This document shows positions 21,247 to 34,163 of a DNA stretch of 64,000 nucleotides, piece by piece (position 1 is the first letter of the stretch; each line of letters starts with the position of its first letter). The notes below the pieces were generated by a model. That model made no database searches. It was not told the origin of the DNA and saw only the letters and a list, made by a program, of their open reading frames with translations. The position numbers and the translations under genes were made by a program. Origin of the DNA: Novakomyces olei (taxonomy: Eukaryota); NCBI GenBank assembly GCA_016906335.1, contig JADEYG010000002.1, positions 434,001-498,000 of the forward strand, in the 5' to 3' direction.

Positions 21247-23165
21247 AGTAAATCAAGCTTGTGCAGCGGCTAATTACTAATTATAGAAATATAATTTATC
21301 GTGAGAGGTGGGATAAATTTTACCGTGAGAAATGCGATGGCAAACCGGCAGACTATAAATAGACTTAGCTAGAATCACTATGATTTATAGGAATATGTCA
21401 AGCTTGGACGTCACAGAAAAAGAACAGGAAGGCTGGCTACAGAAAAGAGGAGGAAAGGCTGGAAGAGTCAAAGTGGCTGGAGTGGCTGGAACTGAGTACA
21501 AAGAGGCTTGCACTACCAAGTGTAACTCGGTGGCTGGAACCAAAGAAACTATATAGTACAGCGTCAGTAGACTTACAAAAGTAGCTAAAGGGAGATACAA
21601 TATTATTCTCTACAAGCAGCCAAATTAAATTTCTACATAATTAACGAAAATTGAATACAACATTTATTCTATTTAACACGTTCGAAACAAACTTACAAGA
21701 TTCAACAGATTAAGAGTCTGAACAAAATGAGCAGCACGGGAGTGGTTTTCAAACCTCATGGAAACGGAGATTTGCCGTTTCTTGCTATACCAAGATTGAA
21801 TAACTTGGTCGAGTATCCGCATTGGAAATCGAAATTGACCGGAATTCTTGAAACTTACAGACTGGCACACGTGATGCCAAACGTCACGAATGAAAGAAAT
21901 ATAATCGATGATGTTAGCTACAAGTCCACATCGGCTATGCTTTTTCTTACTCTTAAAGAAGTAATTTCGGTACCAGTTCTTAACGATATTTGCCAAAATG
22001 CACTGACACCAAAATCACTTCTTTCCGCCATTGATGGCGTCTTCTTAGAGAGAAGATATCGCTTAATTGTTCAAATTACTGGGGAACTTTATGGACTGCA
22101 AGCGCAAGGATTAGGACAAATAGCGGTATTAAACTCGAAATTTAACAGTCTTATCTTGAGCTTACGTGAATTGCGCAAAGACCTTCATGCAGAAGAAATT
22201 TACCAAATATATCTCAATATGATAAAGGGATGTGAGGTGCTTAGAAGTGAAATACGCATCTGGGAGCGTTCAAAAAATATAAATCTGGAAGAAGTACAAG
22301 AAATTGTTCTTGAAGCGATGCAAGGAGATAATGGAGATAATTTTGGGTCAGAAATGGCGTTGACAACATATTGTGTTCCGATATGCAAATATTGCAAGAA
22401 AAAAGGTCATACGGAAATTAACTGCAGATTTAAAAATCGCAGCTGTTTTATATGTGGTGAAAAAGGTCATTTCAAAGCTGAGTGTGACAAAAATCTGAGA
22501 AGAACTAATAGTAATAAATCAAGTGAACATTACTATCGTGTGGCATTTATAAATTCTTCGGTTAAATCTAAAAGCATCAGTATAAAATGGATCGTTGACT
22601 GTGGAGCATCGCAACATATGACGGAGAATGAGGTAGCTTTTAGCAGTCTAAGACGTTATAATAATGATCAACATCATCTTGTAATTGCTGCGGGGAAAGA
22701 AAAATTAAGAGCAATGGGATATGGAGAAATACGTTTGAGTCTCTCTGACGATAATCAGGTTTATTAAAAAATGTCTTGTGGGTACCATCGCTCGGTTTTA
22801 ATTTAATTTCACTTGGTTCACTTGCTAGTGAACATTTATCAGTTTATTTCACAAGAGGAAAAGCAGCACTTTACGACCCAACGGGAAAAAGCTAGGAGAC
22901 TTTAATAAAGAAAATAACTTGTATCCTGTCGAAACAAAAACTGTTGGCTATGCTTCTAAAAAAAAGATGCTCGCGTTGGTTGCTTCAAAATTTTACAAAC
23001 AGAATCTTTGGCACGAGCGACTAATGCATCTTAATGAGAAATATACGACTGAACTCGTCAAAGGACTCGGTGCTGGGAGAATACAACATGAACTTAATAA
23101 AATCAATTTAAATATTGATTGTGAAAGTTGCATTGAAGGTAAAATGGCACGCCAGCCATTTCCAG
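21247..23165 (+). mobile_element. Truncated, frameshifted copia element G (close relative of F): partial 5' LTR, gag, PR, start of IN
   Basis: ORFs 21727-22767 and 22919-23165 closely resemble F; two CCHC knuckles; WIVDCGAS; PBS at about 21708. Confidence 0.88.
21386..21637 (+). mobile_element. Older family-E solo LTR inside LTR-G
   Basis: Matches LTR-E with unexpanded 9-mer; near-TSD TGATT/TAATT. Confidence 0.88.
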
Positions 23166-26100
23166 TATAGGAAAGTATATCAAGCTTGTGCAGCAGCTGA
23201 TTACTTAGAAAAAAAAATGAAGTTTACCCTGGTAATTGTGACTGTCATTGAGAAGACTATAAATAGATCTAGATAGAACTATGTTGGCCAACGAAATTGA
23301 ATACAACACGTTTCAAATTAACACGTTCGAAATTATAGATTCAACAGATTAAGAGTCTGAAACATGAGCAGCACGGGAGTGGTTTTCAAACCTCATGGAA
23401 ATGGAGATTTGCCGTTCCTGGTTATTCCAAGGTTGACTAACTTGATCGAGTATCCTCAGTGGAAATCGAAATTGGGCGGAATTCTTGAGACTTACGGACT
23501 GGCACACGTGATGCCAAATGCCTCAGTTGAAGGGAATTTTACCGACGATATCGGCTACAAATCTACGTCGGCTATGCTTCTCCTTACTCTTAAGGAGATA
23601 ATTTCGGTTCCAGTCCTTGACGATGTTTGTCAAAAGGCATTGACACCGAAATCACTGCTCTCCAGCATTGATGCCGTCTTCTTGGATAGAAGATACCGCT
23701 TAATCGTTCAAGTTACAGGCGAACTGTATGGACTGCATACACAAGGTTTGGGACAAATTGCGGAACTGAATACACGATTTAACAGTCTCATCCTGAGTTT
23801 ACGCGAGTTGCGAAAGGACCTACATGCTGAAGAAGTTTGTCAAATATACCTAAATATGATAAAAGGTTGCGAGTCGCTCAAAAGTGAGATACGTATCTGG
23901 GAGCGTTCGAAGAATATTAATCTCAAAGAAGTACAAGAAATTGTACTTGAAGCAATGCTAGGGGATAATGGAGATAACTTAAGCTCGGAAATGGCGTTGG
24001 CAGCCTCTCGTGTTGCGATATGCAAATATTGCAAGAAAAAGGGTCATACCGAAACTAACTGCAGATTCAAAAATCGCAGCTGTTTTATTTGTGGTGAGAA
24101 AGGTCATTTCAGAGCGGACTGTGACAAAAATTTGAGAAGAACTGATAGTAATAAATTGTCTGAACATTACTATCGTGTGGCATTTATAAAGTCTTCAAGC
24201 ATTTCCAAAAGTATCAGCACAAAATGGATTCTTGACTGTGGAGCATCGCAGCACATGACGGACAATGAATTGGCCTTCACCAATCTAAAACGTTATAATA
24301 GTGATGAACATCATTTTGTACTTGCTGCGGGAAAAGAAAAATTAAGAGCATTGGGATACGGAAATATAAGTTTAAATTTGTCTGAGGATAACCAAGTTTT
24401 ATTGAAAAATGTCTTGTGGGTACCATCGCTTGGTTTCAATTTAATCTCACTTGGCGCACTCGATAATGAGCATATATCGGTTTATTTCACAAAAGGCAAA
24501 GCTGTACTTTATGACACAACTGGAAGAAAGCTTGGAGACTTTGATAAAGAAAATAATTTGTATCCTGTTGATACAAAAATTGTTGACCATGCCCCTAAAA
24601 AAAAGATGCTTGCACTATATGCTACAAAAAAAGGACAGACAAAATCTTTGGCATGAACGATTAATGCATTTAAATGAGAGATATATGGTTGAACTCGCCA
24701 AAGGACTTGGTGCTGGGAAAATACAACACGAAGTTAATAGAAGCAACTTAAATGTTGGTTGTGAAAGTTGCGTTGGTTGTGAAAGTTGCATTGAAGGAAA
24801 AATGGCGCGCCAGCCATTCCCAGAAGGACGAATGAGAGCAACCGACAAATTTGAATTATTGTACAGTGATGTTTGTGGGCCGTTTCCAGTATCAGCGCTT
24901 GGTCATCGTTATTTTGTCACTTTTATTGATGATAACAGTGGGTACACTTTTGTCAACACAATCAATAATAAATTCGAAGTGAATGATTGTTTTCAGAACT
25001 TGATCAAAATGATTTACACGCAATTTGGAATTAAGGTCAAAAGATTTCGGAGTGACAATGGAGGCGAGTATATTAATAAATCTTTCGAAAAGTTTACAAA
25101 CGAAAATGGCATTGTTCATGAAAAATCCGCACCTTATACGCCGCAGCAAAATGGAGTTGCAGAAAGGGCGAATAGAACAATTCTTGACAGGGTCAGGTCT
25201 ACAATGATTCAAAGGAAGACTCCACAAAAGCTATGGGATGAGGCGGTCAATGCCTGTGTGTATTTGAAAAATCGGAGCCCAAGCAGAATAATTAATAAAA
25301 CACCATATGAGATGATATTTGGAAAGCCTCCGTTATTAGATCATTTGAGAGTGTTTGGATGCATTGCATATGTCCTGAACAAACATAACGATATAAGAAA
25401 ATTGGATGCTAGAAGTGAACCCCATATCTTTGTAGGGTATCAATCCAATGCTAAAGCTTATCGACTTTGGAATATGTCAAGGAACAAAATTGTTGTTTCA
25501 AGGGATGTAATATTTAAAGAAATAGAATTTTATGAAACTGTGGAAAATAAATCCATCAACAGCTCTGAAAATACAACATTTATTCCAGCACTTGGAAATG
25601 ATATTTCTACTGTCAATAATTTGCAACAGTCAAATGTGTCTGAATTTCAGCAGGGTATACAAATTGAAAATAACGAGGAAAATAACGAGCAAAATGACGA
25701 GCAAAATGACGAGCAAAATGACGAGCAAATTGACGAGGAAATTGACGAGGAAATTGAAAATTATTCGGACGCATCGGAACAAAGTTTTGAAGATACTCTA
25801 GAAAATATGAGTCCAAAAATTAATGACAATTCTGAATTATCCGAATTGCAAACGGAGGAGCTTGGAACTAAATGGACCGACGATGGTAAAAGACGCTCAA
25901 CCCGAATACGTAGTTTGCCAGGACCATACGATCATGCGCATATTAGTATTGACAGTATAATTGAGCCTACCAATACGAAACAAGCTAGAGAAAGCGTGCA
26001 AGCATCAGAATGGGAATTAGCGATGAAGACAGAATTGGATGCAATGAAAGAAAATGACGCTTGGGTACTAGTGAGCGCGCCAGAGGGAGCTAATGTCATT

Positions 26101-27691
26101 GGAAATCGATGGGTCTTTAAAGCTAAAGCAAATGTTGATGGGGAAGTTGGACGTTACCGAGCACGATTGGTTGCAAAGGGATTTGGTCAGCGTGAGGGAG
26201 TAGATTATCAAGCGACATACGCCCCGACCATGTCCTTAGAATCATTTCGCACTTTACTGGCTTATGGAGCAATGCAAAAATGGAATATTCATCAGATGGA
26301 TGTTACAACTGCATTCTTAAACGGCGAATTAGAAGAATGCGTTTATATGAAACAACCAGAAGGATTCGACGACGGAACAGGAAAAGTATGCAAATTGAAA
26401 AGATCGCTCTACGGTTTAAAACAGGCCCCTAGATGTTGGTACAAAAAGCTTTTACAGTGTTAATGGAAATTGGATTTATGGAATCGAAGGTCGAAGACTG
26501 TATACTATACAGCTTCCAAGGTAATTTATTTTTGCTTATTTATGTTGATGACATTATTATTATGGGCGAGAATTTAAATGAAATGAAACGAACAAAGGAA
26601 AAATTACAAAGAGCATTTAAGGTCAAAGATTTGGGTAAGATTCATCAATTTCTTGGGATGGAATTTTGTTATGATCAGAAAATTGGAAATTTGAAAATAA
26701 GTCAGAAGGCAGCAATTACAAAAATAATTAAAGAATTCGATTGCTACGACTTGCCTAAAAAACGAATTCCCATAAGGAATTACGTGGAATTGAATGGGAA
26801 ACCTATAAACAATGAAAAGTACCGCAAATGGATTGGCATGCTACTTTGGATAAGCAGATGCACTCGGCCAGATATATCCTTCGCTGTATCCCACGCAGCA
26901 AGATATCAAGAAAAGCCTACAGATGAATGTCTCGAACTGGTTCAATGTATCACGGCTTATTTAAGGGATACAAAAGACAAGGGACTGGAATATCAAAGCA
27001 ATTCGGTTGAACCAGTCATGAAAGTTTATTGCGATGCCGACTACGCAAGTGATAGAGACGAAAGGAAATCCACTTCGGGAATGGCATTGTTTCTGGGTAA
27101 TTCATTAATTCATTGGATGTCAACAAAACAAAAAGTTGTTGCGTTATCGACATGCGAGGCTGAATATATAAGTGCTTGTACGGCGATTGTGCATACATTA
27201 GGTCTCTACAACCTGGCCAAGGAGCTTTTAAAAATTGAGTCTCCAATTCGTGTTTGCTCCGACAACAAAAGCGCAATTTGTATTGCGCATAAAACAAGCC
27301 CAATGAGACGACTAAAGCACCTTGATGTACGATATATGTTTTTGCGCAATTTAACGGAAAACGGCACAGTAATTGTTGATTATATATCTACAAAAGAACA
27401 GCTTGCGGATATTTTAACAAAGCCTTTGTGTAAAAAGATTTTTATACATTTGCGACAAAAACTGGTGAAAGGGGACTCTAGAATTGAATCATTACAAGCT
27501 TGAGAGGGAGTATAGGAAAGTATATCAAGCTTGTGCAGCAGCTGATTACTTAGAAAAAAAAATGAAGTTTACCCTGGTAATTGTGACTGTCATTGAGAAG
27601 ACTATAAATAGATCTAGATAGAACTATGTTGGCCAACGAAATTGAATACAACACGTTTCAAATTAACACGTTCGAAATTATAGATTCAACA
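23166..27691 (+). mobile_element. Full-length Ty1/copia element F (181-bp LTRs 23166-23346 and 27511-27691)
   Basis: LTRs identical by eye; PBS GATTAAGAGTCTG; PPT GAGAGGGAG; gag-PR-IN-RT-RH order; no TSD (TCCAG/CACTT). Confidence 0.95.
23364..27503 (+). pseudogene. Copia F gag-pol polyprotein with two frameshifts (about 24625 and 26450)
   Basis: CCHC x2, WILDCGAS, WHERLMH, YRARLVAKG, MDVTTAFLNG, YVDD, YCDAD, ADILTK; both breaks lie in homopolymer runs. Confidence 0.88.
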
Positions 27692-29335
27692 CACTTATCG
27701 CAAGAGCTTTGTTTTCTGCAATATAACCAATTTGTTTTGTCCGAAGGGGATAAAGGTTATTTTCTTTCTCAAATGTTTCAAGCACTTCTTTATTCTGTGT
27801 CTTAAACAGTGTAGCTTTTCCATTATCAAATGTGACAGAAATTAATTCTGTGTCTAATGCGCCAAGTGAAATTAAATTGTACCCCAGTTGGGGAACCCAC
27901 AGCACATTTTTCAAAATAAGTTGTTTGTTTTGGGACGTCGTAAGTGAAATATCCCCACTGCCCAGTACTCTCAACTTTTCTTTTCCGGCAGCTATGACAA
28001 AATGATTTTCATGGCTATTGTATTTTTTAAAATTGGTTAAGCCGGTTTTATTATAAGTCATGTGTTGCGACGCACCACAATCGAGAATCCAATTTTTATT
28101 AATGGTGTTTGGTGTAATGGCATTAATAAAGGCATCCTGATAAAATTGTTCACCGAGTTTATTACTATTCATCTGGTTTGTTGCTTTAGGACAATTATTT
28201 TTAAAATGGCCCTTTGCTCCACAGGCAAAACAAGTATTATTTTTAAGTCTGCAGCGTTCCTCTGTATGGCCTCTTTTTTTGCAGTAATGACAAGTAGAGG
28301 CGCGGAACGTTGTCAGCGCAGTTTCGGCGCTTTCGCCGTGGCTTTGCGTAGCTTCAACGACAATTTCTTGTATATCCTTCAGAAGGACATTTTTTGCTCG
28401 TTCCCAAACACGAATTTCCGAATTCAAAGAGTTGCAATTTCGTATCATGTTGAGATAAATTTGGAGAACTTCCTCTTGACAAAGGTCGTTTCGCAGCTCT
28501 CCCAAGCTGGTCACCAGACTATTAAATTTTGTGTGGAGTCCTGCCACCTCCCCCAAGCTCTGTGCTTTTAGTCCATACAGCTCGCTACTGACTTGGACTA
28601 AAAGGCGGTATTTTCGTTCCTGAAATGCGTTGCTGACATTTGCCAACAGAATTTCCGGATTTGGCGCCTTTTGGCACAGGTCGTCAAGTACTGGCACAGA
28701 GATAGCTTCCTTTAGTGTAAGCAGAAGTATGGCCATCGTTGACTGGTAAGCCACATCCTCGGTCGCAGCTTTTTCTCCCTTGTAATCGGGCATGACGTGC
28801 TGAAGCCCGTACGTGGTCAACACCTCCGACAATTTCTGTTTCCATTGGGGAAACTCGATTAAATTCCCCAATCGCGGAATTGCGAGGTACGGCAGGTCTG
28901 CCTGCCCGTGGAGCTTGAGTGATATCCCGAGTTTGCTCATATTGACTGAACTCAGACTCTTAATCTGTAGAAATTTAATTTGGCTTGTTGTAGAGAATAG
29001 TGTTGTATCTCCTTTTAGCTACTTTTCTAAGTCTACTGACGCTGTACTATATAGTTTCTTTGGTTCCAGCCGCCGAGTTACACTTTGGTAGCGCAAGCCT
29101 CTTTGTACTCAGTTCCAGCCACTCCAGCCACTCCAGCCACTCCAGCCACTCCAGCCACTCCAGCCACTCCAGCCACTCCAGCCACTCCAGCCACTCCAGC
29201 CACTCCAGCCACTCCAGCCACTCCAGCCACTCCAGCCACTCCAGCCACTCCAGCCACTCCAGCCATTCCTCCTCTTTTCTGTAGCCAGCCTTCCTGTTCT
29301 TTTTCTGTGACGTCCAAGCTTGACATATTCCTATA
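27692..29335 (-). mobile_element. 5' part of copia E (LTR 28966-29335, gag-PR 28940-27692), truncated by LTR-F
   Basis: Near-identical inverted copy of 30426-31704. Confidence 0.93.
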
Positions 29336-30374
29336 ACAACAAACCGTTGATTCGATTGAAAATACAGAATAATATATTATCATTTCAGGCAAAGTCGCTT
29401 AACATTAATCAACAAATTAATTCAATTACTCCACAAGAATCCTTTGAAAAATGGCATGAACGTCTCGGTCATGCAAATAGGAAATATCTAATTGAATTAA
29501 AAAATGGAAAAGCTGCTGGAAATATTCAGAATTTATCTACAGATGAACAAAATACCTGTACTATATGCAAACTATCAAACATCTCAAAACAACCATTTCC
29601 CACAGATGGTAGATCAAGACCAACAGAATTATTTGGTCTTGTTCATAGTGATGTTTGTGGCCCGATTAATTTAAATTCCGAATTTAATTACAAATATTTT
29701 GTGACATTTACTGAAGATTTGTCTGGATATACCTTTGTCTTTCTGATGAAAAATAAGAACGAAGTTCCTAACATATTCTCTGAATTTTGTCCTTTTGTTA
29801 AAACTCAGTTTGGAAAAAGAATAAAAATCCTACGAACTGACAATGGACTTGAATATATTAATTCAGAAATGTCTCAAACGATCAGAAAATTAGGTATAAT
29901 TCATCAAACTTCAATCATCTATACACCGCAACAGAATGGAGTAGCTGAAAGAGCAAATAGAACTCTCGTTTCTAAAGCTCGCGCTCTATTGCTAAATCGA
30001 CAAGTACCGATGAAATTCTGGGGAGATGCAGTTCTGACAAGCTGCTATCTCAAAAACAGATTACCATCGAGATCTTGCAGTACAACCCCCTTCGAAATAT
30101 TATATAATACAAAGCCAAATTTAGACAATTTACGAATTTTTGGATGTCTAGTTGTTGCTAAGAATAAGCAAACTGATAACAATTCTAAATTTGAACAGAA
30201 AGGCAAACAATATATATTTCTCGGTTATTCAGAAAGTCAGAAAGGGTACATTTTATCAGATTTGAAAAATGGAAAAAGAATTGTTTCACGTGACGTCGTT
30301 TTCTTTGAGGATGAATACTACAATGAATCAAAAAATAATAATGATGACAAATATCTACAAGAGAATATGAATTA
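29336..30374 (+). pseudogene. Copia integrase fragment (AT-rich family I)
   Basis: WHERLGH, CTIC, HSDVCGP, RTDNGLEY, TPQQNGVAERANR, SRDVVF. Confidence 0.9.
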
Positions 30375-33300
30375 TATAGGAATATGTCAAGCTTGGACGT
30401 CACAGAAAAAGAACAGGAAGGCTGGCTACAGATTAAGAGTCTGAGTTCAGTCAATATGAGCAAACTCGGGATATCACTCAAGCTCCACGGGCAGGCAGAC
30501 CTGCCGTACCTCGCAATTCCGCGATTGGGGAATTTAATCGAGTTTCCCCAATGGAAACAGAAATTGTCGGAGGTGTTGACCACGTACGGGCTTCAGCACG
30601 TCATGCCCGATTACAAGGGAGAAAAAGCTGCGACCGAGGATGTGGCTTACCAGTCAACGATGGCCATACTTCTGCTTACACTAAAGGAAGCTATCTCTGT
30701 GCCAGTACTTGACGACCTGTGCCAAAAGGCGCCAAATCCGGAAATTCTGTTGGCAAATGTCAGCAACGCATTTCAGGAACGAAAATACCGCCTTTTAGTC
30801 CAAGTCAGTAGCGAGCTGTATGGACTAAAAGCACAGAGCTTGGGGGAGGTGGCAGGACTCCACACAAAATTTAATAGTCTGGTCACCAGCTTGGGAGAGC
30901 TGCGAAACGACCTTTGTCAAGAGGAAGTTCTCCAAATTTATCTCAACATGATACGAAATTGCAACTCTTTGAATTCGGAAATTCGTGTTTGGGAACGAGC
31001 AAAAAATGTCCTTCTGAAGGATATACAAGAAATTGTCGTTGAAGCTACGCAAAGCCACGGCGAAAGCGCCGAAACTGCGCTGACAACGTTCCGCGCCTCT
31101 ACTTGTCATTACTGCAAAAAAAGAGGCCATACAGAGGAACGCTGCAGACTTAAAAATAATACTTGTTTTGCCTGTGGAGCAAAGGGCCATTTTAAAAATA
31201 ATTGTCCTAAAGCAACAAACCAGATGAATAGTAATAAACTCGGTGAACAATTTTATCAGGATGCCTTTATTAATGCCATTACACCAAACACCATTAATAA
31301 AAATTGGATTCTCGATTGTGGTGCGTCGCAACACATGACTTATAATAAAACCGGCTTAACCAATTTTAAAAAATACAATAGCCATGAAAATCATTTTGTC
31401 ATAGCTGCCGGAAAAGAAAAGTTGAGAGTACTGGGCAGTGGGGATATTTCACTTACGACGTCCCAAAACAAACAACTTATTTTGAAAAATGTGCTGTGGG
31501 TTCCCCAACTGGGGTACAATTTAATTTCACTTGGCGCATTAGACACAGAATTAATTTCTGTCACATTTGATAATGGAAAAGCTACACTGTTTAAGACACA
31601 GAATAAAGAAGTGCTTGAAACATTTGAGAAAGAAAATAACCTTTATCCCCTTCGGACAAAACAAATTGGTTATATTGCAGAAAACAAAGCTCTTGCGATA
31701 AGTGTTCCTGAGAAACAAAAATTATGGCACGACCGCTTAATGCACTTGAACGAAAATTATATGATAAAACTCGCTAAAGGCCTTGGAGCAGGAAAAATAC
31801 AACAAGACCTTGACAAGACAAATATAAAAGTTAAATGCGAAAGTTGTATCAAAGGAAAAATGGCACGCCAACCATTTCCAGAAGGACGCCTAAGAGCAGA
31901 AACAAAGTTTGAATTACTGCACAGTGATGTATGTGGACCATTTCCAGTTTCAGCTTCAGGGAAATGTTACTTTGTTACGTTGATTGATGATTTAACCGGA
32001 TATACATTTTTATTCACAATCGCCAATAAATTTGACGTTAACAATTGCATACAAAATTTGGTTAATTTGATTAAAACTCAGTTTGGAATATCTGTCAAAA
32101 GAATTCGAAGCGACAACGGGGGAGAATTTGTTAATCAAGCTCTTAAATCCTACATGCAAGAAAAGGGAATTATTCACGAACTGACTGCGCCCTACACTCC
32201 ACAACAAAATGGTGTTGCAGAAAGGGCAAACAGAACAATACTCAACAGAGTCAGGGCTACAATGAGTGAAAGAAACGTCCCCGAATACTTGTGGGACGAA
32301 GCAGTAAACGCTTGTGTATACATTAAAAATCGTAGCCCGACGAGAATTAACGACTACACGCCCTACGAAATGGTATTTGACAAGGCTCCGATACTAGACC
32401 ACTTAAGGGTATTTGGATGCAAAGCCTTTGTCTTGAAAAAACAAGGAGGAATTAAAAAACTCGACACTCGTAGTGAACCACATGTATTTGTTGGCTACCA
32501 AACAAATGCCAAGGCTTATCGACTATGGAACCCTTTGACGAGAAAAGTGGTTATTTCGCGTGATGTGGTATTTAATGAATCTGAATTTTATGACGCAAAC
32601 AAACAAGAAAAGAATTTAGAGAGAAGAGAAATGCCTTTAACTATGGGAGGAGGAAATATATTTGTCTCAGAAAATTTACAAACTGAACAAACACCCGAAT
32701 ATTCTTCTAATTCTGATGAAAATGAGGAAGAATGTATCACCTCATCAGATGGCACGTCAGAAGACTCGGAGCAATTTTTTCAAGACACGACTGACTCAAT
32801 TAATGTTAATGACGATATACTAGAGGACGAAAATCAGGACAATCACGAAACACAGCAGCAGAATGATACACAAGAATTAGGAACAACCATTTCAAACGAC
32901 GGAATCAGACGCTCAACCAGAATTCGTCATGCTCCAGGAATTTATGATAGAGCGCATGTGGCAATAAATGAAATTATAGAGCCAAACAATACAAAGCAGG
33001 CGCGCAACAGTTTGCACGCTCGGGAATGGGAAGAGGCTATGGAGACTGAATTAAATGCAATGAAGGAAAACAATGCGTGGAAATTGGTACATGCTCCAGA
33101 GGGAGCTAATATAATTGGAAACCGGTGGGTTTTTAAAGCGAAAGCCAATAATCAAGGAGAAGTTGAACGATATAGAGCAAGGCTGGTTGCAAAGGGATTT
33201 TCGCAACGCGAGGGTATTGATTATCAGGCAACTTACGCACCAACTATGGCCCTTGAATCACTACGCACACTTCTTGCCTTTGCCGTTTCAAAGAAATGGC

Positions 33301-34163
33301 ATATCCATCAAATGGACGTAACAACGGCGTTTCTAAATGGAGACCTGGAAGAATGTGTCTTTATGAGACAGCCCGAAGGCTTTGATGATGGAACCGGAAG
33401 AGTTTGCAAACTACTACGGTCACTTTATGGACTAAAGCAGGCCCCGAGATGCTGGTACAAAAAATTATTTACAACATTATCAGCTTTAGGATTTTTGGAA
33501 TCCACAACAGAAAACTGCATTTTACACAATGCAAAACGAAATTCGTTTTTGTTAATTTATGTTGACGATATAATTATTATTGGTGAAGAAATGTACGAAA
33601 TCGATAACACGAAAACAAAACTCGGGCAGGCTTTTAAAATTAAAGACCTTGGACAAATTCACCAATTCCTTGGTATGGAATTCAGTTATGACAGAAAAAT
33701 CTGCAACATGAAAATTACCCAAAAAGCTGCCATTTCAAAGGCAGTAAAAGAAATTAACTGTCAAGATACACCAAGAAAAAAGACGTCAATTAAAAATTAC
33801 GTTGTGTTAAATGGAAAACCGATTGAGCAGACGGAATACCGAAAATGCGTTGGAATGCTACTATGTATAGGAATATGTCAAGCTTGGACGTCACAGAAAA
33901 AGAACAGGAAGGCTGGCTACAGAAAAGAGGAGGAATGGCTGGAGTGGCTGGAGTGGCTGGAGTGGCTGGAGTGGCTGGAGTGGCTGGAGTGGCTGGAGTG
34001 GCTGGAGTGGCTGGAACTGAGTACAAAGAGGCTTGCGCTACCAAAGTGTAACTCGGCGGCTGGAACCAAAGAAACTATATAGTACAGCGTCAGTAGACTT
34101 AGAAAAGTAGCTAAAAGGAGATACAACACTATTCTCTACAACAAGCCAAATTAGATTTCTACA
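30375..34163 (+). mobile_element. Copia E with internally deleted 56-bp 5' LTR and 3' LTR 33866-34163 replacing RNase H
   Basis: LTR-E termini; PBS at 30431; single open gag-pol frame to 33865; no PPT before the 3' LTR. Confidence 0.92.
30456..33865 (+). CDS. Copia E Gag-Pol (single ORF; truncated at the end of RT)
   Basis: CCHC x2, DCGAS, HHCC/DDE, YVDD; stops at YRKCVGMLL where the LTR begins. Confidence 0.9.

Noticed and set aside
24615-24640. Programmed gag/pol frameshift in copia F at the A7 run
   Set aside because: The related element E is a single ORF here and F has a second break inside RT; mutation or homopolymer error is more likely.
25671-25755. 12-bp tandem repeat in copia F
   Set aside because: In-frame low-complexity IN-RT linker expansion; ordinary.
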